Below, piece by piece: positions 1-11,706 of a DNA stretch of 40,568 nt. Under the pieces are notes generated by a model. It was not told where the DNA came from. It did not search any database and saw only the letters and a program-made list of their open reading frames with translations. Position numbers and translations under genes: made by a program. The stretch's first letter is position 1; each line of letters begins with the position of its first letter. This stretch comes from Asterionella formosa (lineage: Eukaryota), in the NCBI GenBank assembly GCA_002256025.1, contig NKIB01014792.1, positions 1-40,568 of the forward strand, read 5' to 3'.

Positions 1-1144
1 TACAAAAATATTGTTACTTTGCCTCAAAATTTATGTGGGTTTATAAAAATTTATGGAAGTTGTCGAAACTATTTTAGTTCAATCCTATCATATATATTAT
101 ATGATGCATCACATTTATATTTGGTTTATACCCTTAAATTATGTACGTAGCCCAATTTTTCATAGTAGGCCACCCAAATAATTAATTTGGGTGACCACAT
201 TTGACTAGCGTTTTTTTTGTGGCGGTTGTACCAATAATCGGCGTTGTAGATGTATGTGTGGCAATGGGGTTAGGCTGTCCTATATAGTGCCTCTGATGTT
301 GGCGATAAAGAGATTTCTTAAACCAATGGGATAGTACAATGTTATTTAGCAAAGTTATGATTGTTATTTCGAACCCCCTGCTATTCAAGATTCATGTGAT
401 GCTACTATTTCCTGAATGAAATGAAGCTACTTCCTGATTAGTGATGTTGCGGCTACAAATGTGCTCGCTAATAGCTAGTAAATGAGAATGGAAGACCCAT
501 GATTAAGGCCATGAGCAACAAACTGCGCCTCCATCTGGTACATCTTCACTTTGATCCACATCTCATCTTGAAGAACAGATTCGAAATACAGATCGATGTT
601 CGCAATGGGAGACTTATGATCAAAAGGTATTATCTTCTTGATTTCGGTTAGAATTGGAATCAGGTATGGCCTTCAATGCATCATTCTCCAATTCACTCGT
701 ATAAATTGACCAAAGCTCTTGATTTCGAGTAACAAACTAACAATCAAACTTCGCCAGTATAATTCCCCATCATTATCGAGACCATATCATTCGTTAAAAT
801 ACTGATATTATCGTTGTCCCCGCAAGAAGGTAGCTCGTAAGGGATTGTTCAACAAACGTACATGGCTTGTAAGAAATTCGATTACTGATATGCGAATGGA
901 GAGATAATGACGAATACTACCGGTACAAGAATTTGATCAAAGTATGTACCGGTAGAGCATTCAAATCGGTATGGCAACAAGGAACGCACCCTTCTTGCAC
1001 ATAATTCATTCTGATAGCATCGTTGGGTACAAGGTTTACAAGCACGTAAGGGGATCTGTGTAAAGTCATAACCTTCGCTAAAACAATAATTGATCAAAGA
1101 ACAACAGCTATTGATCAATCAAACAACGTATCAATATATCAAAG

Positions 1145-1472
1145 CATTTGGTTAGTAGCATATTAGTTTTGATCACTAATATATATGACTTCTTTCTATG
1201 TGTAACCTGATGTAATCTGACAAACAAATTTGATTGACCACACTGACATAGTCATTGATAGATCAAAATTATCATCAATTATTACAAAACATTTGATCAA
1301 TATATCAACAATTTTGGTTAACCGATTAGATTTGGTAACTAATATATACAAGTTCTCAGTTACGCATAACTTAAAATTTGTATACTACTAACCTGATGTA
1401 CAAATTTGATTGATCATACAGACACTGCCGTAGATATATCAAAATTATCACCAACATGTCAAAATATTTGAA
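1145..1472. repeat. Degenerate tandem duplication (~185 bp offset) in AT-rich, GATCAA-rich DNA, probably transposon subterminal sequence
   Basis: 'aacctgatgta..caaatttgattga..cac..gata.atcaaaattatca.caa...aaa.atttga' occurs at ~1204-1296 and again at ~1390-1471. Confidence 0.6.
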
Positions 1473-1619
1473 TTATCAATCAGTTTTTTAACGTATGCTG
1501 AGTAAAACGTTAGATCTAATGGAAAATCTATTCATAGATGTTCGAAAAGCGCAAGTCTTACAAGAGGAAATCCAAAGAATCATGAAACTGGTGGACGCTT
1601 TTTCTTGGCCCTTCATATA

Positions 1620-2794
1620 AGGCCATATATTTGACTGAACCAATTGGAAGATAAGCCAATAAATTCAGACGCATGTTCAGGATCCCTTATTCATTTTTTA
1701 GAGATCAGTTACTTGATTTAGCTGTTGAAAAATGTTGGCCATTATGGAAGGATGACAAAGTTGACTGTTGTGGCCTTCCAGTGGGCGACTTGGAGCGCTT
1801 GATTTACAGCCCACTTGGAACAGCTGCTAATCATCTTGTTGTCAGTATGAACGCAAATTTGAGTGAATAGGCACATCGCTCATTCTTTATCAATTGGACA
1901 GAGAAGATGGAGTCACTTCAACGGCATCTACATGCCATGTGATGATGAAAAATACAGTTTTGTGGTCAATGAATACAGTGACATGGGACTCACTGGATGT
2001 GTCGGTTCAGTTGATTGTGTACACATGGGCTGGGACCAGTACCCTATATACTAGTCAATATTTTCACATGTACACAGGCAAAGAGATCTTTCCATCCATT
2101 GCATATGAGGTCATCTGCACAAGCCAAAATTCATTCAGGCATTTTTATCTGGCCATCCTGGAGCTAGAAATGTTAAACACATAGTCAGAACTGATGTTGC
2201 AGGGCTGAAAATTTTACAAGGCAATGGATGGATACAGTCGAAAGCAAGGATAGAGTGCAGTAGTAAGCGGAGCAGGGAACTCTCGATCATTTCATGGGCT
2301 ATACCTCATTTGCAATGGTGGATATCCATTATCTTTGTTGGCCATCATGTCTTGTATATCCTTTAAAAATAGGACTTGCTGGTGGCAGTATGACAATGAG
2401 GTGATCAGCTATGCTTGAGTCTGTTTGCAAAGACATTGAAGGAGTCTTTGGTATTCTGAAAAAACGGTTTGCATTCCTTAAATTTCTCAACCAGCCATGT
2501 GCATCATCAACAGCATATTGACAATTCATTGTAACTTGTTGTATACTCCATAATATTCTATTGAAAGAAGACGGACACTTCAACAATGATCTAACTAACT
2601 ATCCAAGTTGAGTGAAGGCACGACTAAACAAAATTACTAATGATCCAAGGGGATTTGGTCAGTGGATAGTACTTGATGAGCTTGATGGTGATACCATCAA
2701 GGCGGCATTAGTTGAAACAGTAAATAGTCCTGATTTGGAAAGCCAGTGGCTAGCTTGCGATCAGGCATTGATGAATTATTTCCAGTTTAGATAA
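1620..2794 (+). pseudogene. PIF/Harbinger-superfamily DDE transposase relic (Plant_tran/DDE_Tnp_4-like) with multiple stops and frameshifts
   Basis: Collinear motifs across frames: FRRMFRIPYSFF, GCVGSVDCVHMGWD, YTGKEIFPSIAYEVIC, GARNVKHIVRTD, GLYLICNGGYP, LESVCKDIEGVFGILKKRFAFLK, CCILHNILL. Confidence 0.85.
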
Positions 2795-2835
2795 TATAAC
2801 AATGTATAATCTAGTAGTATTAATAGTTGATTAAC

Positions 2836-3300
2836 TTACTCTTCATCAGCATCCTTGGGATCCCAGACTTCTATCATCTGTGACCTATTTTCTTGGTCCC
2901 CATCATTGACAATTATCACTTCAACATCTGCCTTGTATGTTTGTGGGTCTGGCATTGCTTTGAACACAGCTCGCACTCAAGAAGTATATTCTGAATCAAT
3001 AATTTTGGCTTCATCCTGTCCAACGACAGGTTCAAGGTTTTCTCTGGGTCATCCAGCTGGTCCTGTTGACACAACGCATTAGCGTTCTCCTTTAATGCTT
3101 TTGCTGCGTGTAGCTTCACCCACATGATTTGTTTAATCTATGTATTTTAATGTTTGAACTTCCTAGATTTGTGATCCACACAATCATCTTTATACTTCTG
3201 CTGTCTTCATGCTTTCGAACTGCTCGAGATAGTGGAATGTTGTTTGTATCGCCAAGCACCTCTGCAACATTGGGTGTCAACTGTGGGTCCCTGCAGCAAT
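2836..3300 (-). pseudogene. Possible decayed second ORF of the Harbinger element, convergent with the transposase
   Basis: Broken coding-like frames ending in an acidic tail (..IEVWDPKDADEE*) tail-to-tail with the transposase. Harbingers carry a second ORF, but no Myb/SANT motif is recognisable. Confidence 0.3.
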
Positions 3301-3319
3301 TTTAACTGTCAATACATAC

Positions 3320-3392
3320 AACTAGAAATCTGCTGACAGCAACTAGTAGAAGTTGCTGACAACAACTAGAAATTGCTGACTATGACTAGAAG
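3320..3392. repeat. Short degenerate tandem repeat (~20-23 bp unit, 3 copies)
   Basis: Repeated '(c)tagaa.(t)tgctgac..caa' units. Confidence 0.6.
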
Positions 3393-3980
3393 TAACTTGA
3401 TTGGTGAATTCCATTAGTAAACCGTCTTCCAGTTGCTGAATACCATTACCAGTAGTTGTAGGTGAGCACAATTTTGATGTACAGAACACGACTTGGATTT
3501 AATGATTGATAATTTAACATAATAGAAATTTCCTTAAGAGTTTAGAATGGAAAGCCAGCCTATCTCATCTGGTAGGCATGGGATGAGTCTTTGCGAGTGA
3601 GTCGAAACAGAATAAGTGCACATTAACTGTGTGCTACCAGGCCTTCCAGGTCAAGTATCTAACTAGAAGTATGAGTATTTATTGAAAAAATGAGCTTATC
3701 TGTTGACCATTGCTGCATCGAACTCATTCAACTGTACATACAGTATTCAATACATAGGCGTTGGTCGAGTTCTCTCATGATCGAGTTCTCCTGCTATACT
3801 TGATATATCCCTAACCCTATATACACCTTTATCGTCATGCTGGATCGCTCACCACCACCGGGTCTAACAATTGGTCCATTATATTGTCTTCTTTATGACC
3901 ATTGGTTGGTTGTTTGTTTCGACATCTCCCACCCTTACTCGACCATGAAGTAAATTTCAGCCAACTATTACAAGTCCATC

Positions 3981-6203
3981 ATGAAGTCCAGAAACAATTT
4001 GTGCCGCTTCGGCTGGCTAATCTCAGTGCTAATCCCATCTGCGGCGTTCCATTGTGACTACATTCCTCGCCCATCAGTCGGTTGGGCTCATCAAGGCATG
4101 CGCACATCCAGCAACAAGGATTTGTTTGGTCGAACACGAACTTATGGGTGCGCAGAATCAGTATTTTACGGAACCAACATGGATCAAGAACCATATAAAG
4201 GATCCAATGTAAAAGGGAAGCGATTAAGAAAGAAAATGCCAGCATCGCTGAGGAAACCAAGCGGCCCTCAAACCTGGAGAATCTTTGGCGTCAATGTACA
4301 TCCAGATCTTCTCATTGACTACAGAGATAGCTCATCAAAAGAAACTCCGGCAGCTTATCGGTTCCTTTCTCCGCCAGTGCTTGCTGCCCTTTACCAACGA
4401 CTAAAAATTAAAAACGTTGGGAGTGCGTTACCTCCTCAACTCAATGATGTTCGAGTGGTTCGACGGTCTCTGGATGCTCGACAAAAAAGGAGGGGGGACA
4501 CATCAGACGACGATGGACCGCACTTCACATATGTCCTGGATGTTTGCGTAAAATCGGGTGTTGACTTGAGACTCAAGGAAATTTCTGGGCGGTCGGAATT
4601 GGTGCCACATAGAGAAAATTACCTGAGCGAGCAAAATGTGACAATATCAAGCAGTAGTGCCAACGAAGGTTTGAAGATCGCTAAAACTGTTATTATTGTA
4701 GGAGCTGGTCCTGCTGGTCTATTTTGTGCGCTCACTCTAGCACGACAAGGGGTTCATCCGATTCTGTTGGAACGAGGCCATGCTGTTGAAACTAGAGGGA
4801 AGCACATTGGTGCTCTAATGAACCGCTTGGTCATGAACAAGGAATCAAATTTTGCATTTGGCGAAGGAGGAGCAGGAACATGGTCAGACGGCAAGTTGAC
4901 TACCCGAATCGGCCGAAATTCTGATCCTGTAAGATCTGTTCTGGAAACCTTTGTTAACTACGGTGCACCAGCCTCGATTTTGATTGAAGGATCACCTCAC
5001 TTGGGAACTGATAATTTGGTTCGCCTGCTACGGAACATGCGACAAGATCTTCGTGACCTCGGAGGTGAGATATATTTTGGAGCGAAAATGACCTCATTGA
5101 TCATTGCGGAAGGTATCGCTAAGGGAGTAAATGTGACATTTTCCGAAGCAATCGAAAGTGGACAACATATTCCTACCGAAAAATTTCAAACTGGGAAAAA
5201 TACCATCATGGGTGACGCTGTTGTTATTGCGACTGGGCATTCTGCTCGTGATGTTTATGAGGAACTGCACAGGGCGGGTGTGCAATTGGAAGCCAAGGGG
5301 TTTGCGGCTGGTTTTCGAGTAGAACACCCTCAACGACTCATCAACGAGATTCAATATGGATCCGAGTGGGGGGCATCAGTGCACACTGGAAAAAAGGTGA
5401 CAGACGAGGCGAATCAGGAACACTTTTTAGCTGGCGTACAGCATTCTGGAAAGTTACCAGTTCCTTCCTATCGATTGGCCACTGACAAGGCATTTGATGG
5501 AACTGCGAATCGAGGGGCTTACTCTTTCTGCATGTGCCCAGGCGGTCAGATTGTACCAGCCTCCACTGAACCAAATGAAGTATGCGTCAATGGTATGTCA
5601 TTCAGTAAGCGAGACTCGCTTTGGGCAAACTCTGCATTAGTTGTGACTGTGTCCGCTGACGATGAAGTGTTAGAACCCTATCGAGCAGAGTACGGAGTAC
5701 TCGCTGGAATTGCATTTCAGCGTGACATGGAGCGAAGAGCTTCCATTATGGGTGGAGGTAACTTGACTGTTCCAGTCCAGAGACTGACTGACTTTGTTAA
5801 TGGTGTTGCTTCAACTTCGGCTCCTCCCTCGTCGTATCAACTAGGAGTGAAGCCTGCTGCTTGCCACGAAATTTACCCGGCACCCATGATGGCGTCCCTT
5901 CGAGACGCACTTGTAAACGTTTTTGACGTGACAATGCCTGGATATGTGTGTGATGAAGGACTACTACACGGGGTAGAAACAAGAACATCCAGTCCAGTAC
6001 GAATATGCAGAGATACAGAAACCTTACAAGCCATTGGCACCGTGAATCTTTTCCCGGCTGGAGAAGGAGCTGGTTTTGCTGGTGGTATCGTCTCTGCGGC
6101 AGTCGATGGTATGACAGTGGCTGAGGCTGTACTGGATCAAATATTCGAGAAGCGACAAGGTCAGATGACGAAACAGGTAAAAGCTGTGGGTTTCAGCTAC
6201 TAA
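3981..6203 (+). CDS. FAD-dependent oxidoreductase (uncharacterised COG2509-type family), probably plastid-targeted
   Basis: 740-aa ORF. Rossmann motif IVGAGPAGL, FGEGGAGTWSDGKL, YSFCMCPGG, VETRTSSP, PAGEGAGFAGGIVSAAVDG. N-terminal signal peptide ending SAA-F. Confidence 0.9.
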   Translation: MKSRNNLCRFGWLISVLIPSAAFHCDYIPRPSVGWAHQGMRTSSNKDLFGRTRTYGCAESVFYGTNMDQEPYKGSNVKGKRLRKKMPASLRKPSGPQTWRIFGVNVHPDLLIDYRDSSSKETPAAYRFLSPPVLAALYQRLKIKNVGSALPPQLNDVRVVRRSLDARQKRRGDTSDDDGPHFTYVLDVCVKSGVDLRLKEISGRSELVPHRENYLSEQNVTISSSSANEGLKIAKTVIIVGAGPAGLFCALTLARQGVHPILLERGHAVETRGKHIGALMNRLVMNKESNFAFGEGGAGTWSDGKLTTRIGRNSDPVRSVLETFVNYGAPASILIEGSPHLGTDNLVRLLRNMRQDLRDLGGEIYFGAKMTSLIIAEGIAKGVNVTFSEAIESGQHIPTEKFQTGKNTIMGDAVVIATGHSARDVYEELHRAGVQLEAKGFAAGFRVEHPQRLINEIQYGSEWGASVHTGKKVTDEANQEHFLAGVQHSGKLPVPSYRLATDKAFDGTANRGAYSFCMCPGGQIVPASTEPNEVCVNGMSFSKRDSLWANSALVVTVSADDEVLEPYRAEYGVLAGIAFQRDMERRASIMGGGNLTVPVQRLTDFVNGVASTSAPPSSYQLGVKPAACHEIYPAPMMASLRDALVNVFDVTMPGYVCDEGLLHGVETRTSSPVRICRDTETLQAIGTVNLFPAGEGAGFAGGIVSAAVDGMTVAEAVLDQIFEKRQGQMTKQVKAVGFSY

Positions 6204-6387
6204 TGGCGTGTCATAACGGTCTTAATATCGATAGAAAATAGATTCAAACCGTTCTTCGAAATTAACTTCTGAGTCCTTGAAAGTTGTACAACTAAAGTGT
6301 AATTGACTAACACATGTTATCTTCGTTTCTTTCCTTGACGCCACTATGCAAAGTCGATCACTTAGGCTAATGTGCGGTTCACACCAT

Positions 6388-7573
6388 TTAAGCGCAGGCC
6401 AAGTCAACAATTGCACAAAGAAGCTTCTCGTAATCACCGCGGGCCTCATCCTTGATCCGGTCTTGAATGGAACTTGAATACAATTCTTGGTGAGCCTCGT
6501 TAGCATCCTTCAACAAGCTTTGATAACGAATGATGGCACAAGCAAGGCCCAGTTCGTCAGTACCAAAGCCTGCGCAAGTGGACTTGATCAGCTTGGCAAC
6601 AGTTGCACCAGGCTTGATCTTCATGCCAACAGCATGCATGGCTCCCTTTTCAACATCACCGCCAAGCTCCGATTCCAGAGCACTGATCAAAGTTCGCTCA
6701 TATTTGTCAACGTAGATTTCGTTGACCATTTCGAGGTAAGCAGGAGGAGATTTGGCAATGATCACAAAAAGAGACTTCTCGTCGGTACCAAAGTGTCCTT
6801 CTCCTGCTGCATTGAAAATCTTAGCGTCTGCCTCTGCCCTCTCCATAGTGTGGTAGTCATCATCGAAATTGTCTTCGTATCCTTGCAAGCAGTGAAAAAT
6901 CAAACGCTCAAAGTCACCTCCGAGCTCTCCAGAAAGCTGCACACCAAGATCCTCATCGTAAATCTTGAAATACTGTTCCTTCAGCTGGGCAATTTCTTTG
7001 TTGTCACGTCCGCAGATAATTGGCCAAATGAGGCGTTCCTTGGTACCAACTCCGCTCAGTGCCTTGTTCAACATCATGGCTTCGGCTTCATCAGGAGGCA
7101 GAGCAAGATACTGGAGGGCTAAGCCAAGTTTACCTCTACCGCATTCGGATTGCATAACTTTTCGGAGATCCTTGCCAAACATGCCTTCGTAACGTTCGTT
7201 GATCAAGTAACGCGTTTCACCTGACTGTCCAGCCAAAGCATCGATGAGACCGCTGCACGCAGTGTGAAGAGAGCAAGAGGGATAGCGTGAGAATAAGCTA
7301 GATATTCTGACAAGGAAAACACTCTGCTTCAAATCCTTTGGCATGCTGTTCCAAATACGCGTGGACGCGCCACTATTAGTCGCTCATCATGATGAAGCGC
7401 CACGGAAGGGTGAGTTGACGCGTTGACACGACTGAGGACACTTACTCCTCATCGGTTCCGAAACCCTTGCAAGCAGCATGAATAGCCGTGCAAGCATCAT
7501 CAACATCGTTACTGAATTCCGTTGGAGGAGTGTCATAGACAACGGCGGGGTAAAGAGCTGGAGTAGAAGTCAT
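6388..7573 (-). CDS. Annexin; exon 1 7573-7446, intron 7445-7253, exon 2 7252-6388
   Basis: Four annexin repeats (KGFGTDE, SGVGTKE, GHFGTDE, AGFGTDE). The GTAAGT donor and CAG acceptor join in frame as ..GFGTDE-D-GLIDAL. The N-terminus given in the ORF track is intronic. Confidence 0.92.
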
Positions 7574-8073
7574 GCTGGTTTATAATGGATTGAAACAGAT
7601 GATCGTGCTATAGATGATAAGCAAGATTCGTTACAATTGTTACAAAAATTATAGCGATCAAATACGTAAGATATTTTTGAAATGATGACGAATATACCAG
7701 TATGGATATGTAGCCGCATGTAGTAAGGACTGTATACCGGTACCAGGTACTCTGGTAGCTGTCAACAAGATCTGAACAAGCAAACCACAAAACTGACCAG
7801 AAGAATGCCGGTACCTGGTACCTGGTACAGTACCAGTACAATGTAGCTATCGGTATCGGTAGATGAATCTCAAATAAACGGTATAATAACCGACATTTCA
7901 AATCGGCTCTGCGGCGTCTTGTTTTTAATTTCAAGGTATCGTCGTTGCTCTCTGGACACTTTCGCTCTGAAGTATTCCCGGTAGACTACTCTTGCATCCA
8001 TCGAAAAGAAGACAGTACCGCAACACACATTAAATATTCTCATCGAAACCGAAAGCAAAACCATCCAACGCGA

Positions 8074-10974
8074 ATGGACCGAATCGTAGAAGAATCCGAG
8101 GAAGATGAGGGAACAGTCCCACCATCGTCGACATCGCTTCGACGACGTTCTCCATCGACAAAAAGTAAAAGGGTTTCCTTCTCCGCTTCTGGATATTCCA
8201 ACCTTTTCGCTTCTTTTGCGGATCAGTACGGAGATGACAATGCTGAAGATTTCGAGGACGACAAGGAAAACGCCAAGCCAATGATTCTTGACCCAAACGT
8301 AACCGAACAGCAGAAAAACGAACATCGTGGGCTATCAAAGGCTAGCCTTCGACCAACCATTTCAAGATTGGGCGGGGAGCTTGAGCTCGAAACTTCTGGT
8401 AGGTACTATCACGGACCAACTACCTTGCACAGGCTGTGTCACGATGCAAAGTCAAGTGACGACTTCCCCGCTTCATATTTGGAATATGGCGCTGCAAACC
8501 TTCCAGATGATGAAGGCAAGCTACCATTGCACATTCTTGGAGAGAATCGACGCCTTGCGATTTCGGTGTGTGGAGAATTTGATCCTGCAGTGATAAAGTC
8601 TTCCTCGAGTTTGGGTTCAACTGGTACCGGTAGTCGAGTTCATTACGAAAATCAATACTCCCTATCCAACATTCAGTCGTTTCTCTACCATATGCTTCAG
8701 GAACAATCTTTGGCTGTCGTCACTCCAGATTACGACGAGTTCTTTCCTTTTGAATACTCTTTACAGCAGTGGATTCTTGAGGCATACAGTCATACTCGAC
8801 AGATGGTACAATCCAACTCGTCTAAAAGTATATTCTCACGAACATGGATGAATACCAGCATGTCAGTATCCAACGCCTTTGTCCATGTGGGTAAGTCCTT
8901 TACTTGGAGTGGGCAAGACGACTCTTCATCGGTACCAGTTGTTGATGTGGAGAATAAGCCTTGCGGATCTGCTGTAGTGGAAGAATTTCCAAAGCATGTT
9001 CGAATTTCGTCCAGCGCCATGTTCGCTATTCAGATGCTTTCACATATAGTCGAGTTTTTCCAAGATACTAAAATATCACCATCTAATCGAGACACTGTGC
9101 TGCAAGAAATGATGGCCCGTTTTGCTGCGATTCCAAATTTATTCAAAACGATGTTGCTTGTAGAAAGTGATGTTGACCGTCAATCAATTCTCAGGAGTAC
9201 TTTCGTCCGCCATCTTGCAACGCACAAGAGCACTGTTGGACCTTGGTTGACTTCTATACTCAATGCCGATCGCTCAATTTCAAGGATGGGCGTGCAGTAT
9301 TTGGCTTTTGTATCTGAACTTCCTCTTCTTGAAGAATTTTACGAGACCATGTCGAATCTTGAAGGGTTCATCCCGTCGCTACTCGGACTTGATGAACTCT
9401 CCATTGAAAAAGCAGCCACCACTGGTGTAGTGAAAAATGTCATGGACCGTGCGATATCTAAGCCGTTTTGTGTGGGAGTTGTCTTCTTCGACGGTATCTT
9501 TTTGGCTATACTTATTATTGGTTTCCGGGCTGCAGTCAATGCGCTGTTGACGGGGGATGCTCCTAGTCTGGTGTTGCGGTGGATTTATGTGGCCAACACT
9601 GGGATCTTCTACTTTTTGATTCGGGAGCTGGGCAAGGCTATCACCATTTTAGAACGAACCAAGCAAGCAACTATTTATCTGTGGAGTTTTTGGAATGTAA
9701 CAGATATCTTATCAACAGTGCTAGCCCTCGCAAGTGTTGTCACAATTCGATTAGTCAACTCACAGGGTGTCGACGTATCCAACATTGAACCTTTAAGGGT
9801 TTTACTCGCCATAACAACTGGTCTTCTCTGGCTTCGAGTGCTGAGCTTGTTGAAGACGTTGAATATACAGCTGGCAACCTTCGTTCTTGCAATTATTCAG
9901 ATCACAAGGGACATACTGTGGTTCTGTGTCATTCTTGCAGTGGTGGTGGCATCATTTTCGCAAATGTTCTATACTCTGCTGCTTCCAGCTTCGTGTGCTA
10001 CTGCGTCGATTAGTGAGAATGAGGTGTGCTCAAAAGAAGAATACTATCTTAGAACCTTTACTGTATTGCTGGGAGATCAAAGCTACTTTGCAAAATCCAA
10101 CTACAAGTCAGCATTCTCAGTGTTCTTGATTGTTTTCTTTAGCTTCATGGTGGTCATCGTGTTATTGAATGTTCTGATTGCGATTGTTTCTGATTCATAT
10201 GAGAAATGCTTGGTTAGATCACATTATCTATTTGGCAGGACCCGGGTAATGTTGATTGCCGAGCTTGTGTCATTCCAAAACTTACTACGTACTGAAAAGG
10301 ATGGTCACACTCTTTATAGTCAGTGGTGGAGTGGCGAGGTATGGAACCGATGGAGTCGAGGGTCCGTCTGCTTCTTTCTGTTGTCTTCACTTGTGGTATT
10401 TGTCTGGGTTGTTGGCGAGACAGTTGGATACTTTTCTGGTGAGCGAAACGCGAACTATATCTTTAGTTTGCTAAGCGTTTTCGTCATAATCGCCCTATAT
10501 TTCGGGATTATCGTCTTTTTGTCCAACGCAGGAGACGAGAAGAAATCGACATCTTGGTATAAAAAGTTCATTGAAAAGACAATGTTCCGACTCTTGGCAT
10601 CTTCTCGAGATACCTTAACCGTTTACAACAATGATGGTCGGGATGAGTGGCGAGGCCGAGTTGACTTTTTGGCTAGAGAGATGCTGCGAATTTCTGCCGA
10701 ATCCAACGCCCAGGTGAGTCAGCAAGTCGGCGCCCTCGAGCACTACTTGAATGAATCGTCAGAGGGTCTACGCCAAGAAATCAGTAATGTGGAATCACAG
10801 CTAGCTGGCTTTAAAGAAGAAATCATGATGGAATTGAAGCAAATGGAAGCTAGGAACACCCAGCTACTAAGACAAGCTTCTGTGGACTCCATGAAGGGTA
10901 CGCACTGCAATAAGGAGCAGTTGAAAGGAAATTTGTCCTCAACTGCGGCAACTCGGTCCAGTGTTAGTCGGTAA
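8074..10974 (+). CDS. TRP-like (TRPV/TRPA-type architecture) cation channel protein
   Basis: First ATG at 8074. Ankyrin-like segments (TTLHRLC, DEGKLPLHIL), a 6-TM bundle with FWNVTDILS, WLRVLSLLK and S6 VIVLLNVLIAIVSDSYEK, and a C-terminal coiled coil. Confidence 0.75.
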   Translation: MDRIVEESEEDEGTVPPSSTSLRRRSPSTKSKRVSFSASGYSNLFASFADQYGDDNAEDFEDDKENAKPMILDPNVTEQQKNEHRGLSKASLRPTISRLGGELELETSGRYYHGPTTLHRLCHDAKSSDDFPASYLEYGAANLPDDEGKLPLHILGENRRLAISVCGEFDPAVIKSSSSLGSTGTGSRVHYENQYSLSNIQSFLYHMLQEQSLAVVTPDYDEFFPFEYSLQQWILEAYSHTRQMVQSNSSKSIFSRTWMNTSMSVSNAFVHVGKSFTWSGQDDSSSVPVVDVENKPCGSAVVEEFPKHVRISSSAMFAIQMLSHIVEFFQDTKISPSNRDTVLQEMMARFAAIPNLFKTMLLVESDVDRQSILRSTFVRHLATHKSTVGPWLTSILNADRSISRMGVQYLAFVSELPLLEEFYETMSNLEGFIPSLLGLDELSIEKAATTGVVKNVMDRAISKPFCVGVVFFDGIFLAILIIGFRAAVNALLTGDAPSLVLRWIYVANTGIFYFLIRELGKAITILERTKQATIYLWSFWNVTDILSTVLALASVVTIRLVNSQGVDVSNIEPLRVLLAITTGLLWLRVLSLLKTLNIQLATFVLAIIQITRDILWFCVILAVVVASFSQMFYTLLLPASCATASISENEVCSKEEYYLRTFTVLLGDQSYFAKSNYKSAFSVFLIVFFSFMVVIVLLNVLIAIVSDSYEKCLVRSHYLFGRTRVMLIAELVSFQNLLRTEKDGHTLYSQWWSGEVWNRWSRGSVCFFLLSSLVVFVWVVGETVGYFSGERNANYIFSLLSVFVIIALYFGIIVFLSNAGDEKKSTSWYKKFIEKTMFRLLASSRDTLTVYNNDGRDEWRGRVDFLAREMLRISAESNAQVSQQVGALEHYLNESSEGLRQEISNVESQLAGFKEEIMMELKQMEARNTQLLRQASVDSMKGTHCNKEQLKGNLSSTAATRSSVSR

Positions 10975-11196
10975 AGGGAATTTCACGAGAGTGACCACAT
11001 CGCATGTATAGCTACAAAACCGAAGTCGTCGTCAAAGGCCAGATGGTATGTTTGACTTGCACACAGTATGTCAGTGTGACATTCTTATTAAATCCTTTCT
11101 TCCAAGGTGAATGTTCGGACTGTGGCCAGTGAAGTACTGAAATAAGCTGGAAATGTAGAATACACTAAAGTCTCTTCGGTAGTTTGTTTTATATTT

Positions 11197-11706
11197 TTAA
11201 AAGACACGGAAGGACTTCTTTCCAGTTCCGGCATTGATAGCAGCCTCGTGGGCAACAACATTGAAACGAACAGTCTTGGAAAGTGGACGGCATTGTCCAA
11301 TGGTGACAACATCGCCATCATTGACAGTGAAAGCAGGTGAGCAGTGGACAGCGATGTTCTTGTGTCTCTTCTCGAAACGACGGTACTTGACAATGTAGTG
11401 CAAATAGTCGCGTCTGACAATAATAGTTCTCTTCATCTTGCTAGAGATGACAACTCCCTTCAGGATGCGTCCGCGAATCGAGACATTTCCAGTAAAAGGG
11501 CACTTCTTGTCAACGTAGTTTCCTTCAATTGCTTGAGCTGGAGTCTTAATTCCGAGACCAACATTCTTGGTCCAACGCATGGCCTTTCGGGTGGCAGCAC
11601 CAACAACACGCTTGCGGGCGACAAACACGGCATCTTGGGACTGGTACGCCTTTTCGTGCTGGTCGCACTCAACGTAATCTTTCGCAACACGAGGGGTAGC
11701 AGGCAT
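11197..11706 (-). CDS. RPS11: 40S ribosomal protein S11 (uS17), 169 aa
   Basis: [61 protein letters not shown]. The likely start is the ATG at 11706. Confidence 0.97.
   Translation of the reverse strand: MPATPRVAKDYVECDQHEKAYQSQDAVFVARKRVVGAATRKAMRWTKNVGLGIKTPAQAIEGNYVDKKCPFTGNVSIRGRILKGVVISSKMKRTIIVRRDYLHYIVKYRRFEKRHKNIAVHCSPAFTVNDGDVVTIGQCRPLSKTVRFNVVAHEAAINAGTGKKSFRVF

Noticed and set aside
182..388. FKKSLYR resembling the copia RT 'LKKSLYGLKQ' motif
   Set aside because: Isolated partial match with no flanking RT motifs.
6487..7122. 211-aa antisense ORF over annexin, and similar antisense ORFs inside other genes
   Set aside because: Shadow ORFs produced by codon bias of the real gene on the other strand.
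7253..7344. Annexin start at 7344 as given in the ORF track
   Set aside because: It lies within an intron. The first annexin repeat is encoded by the upstream exon.
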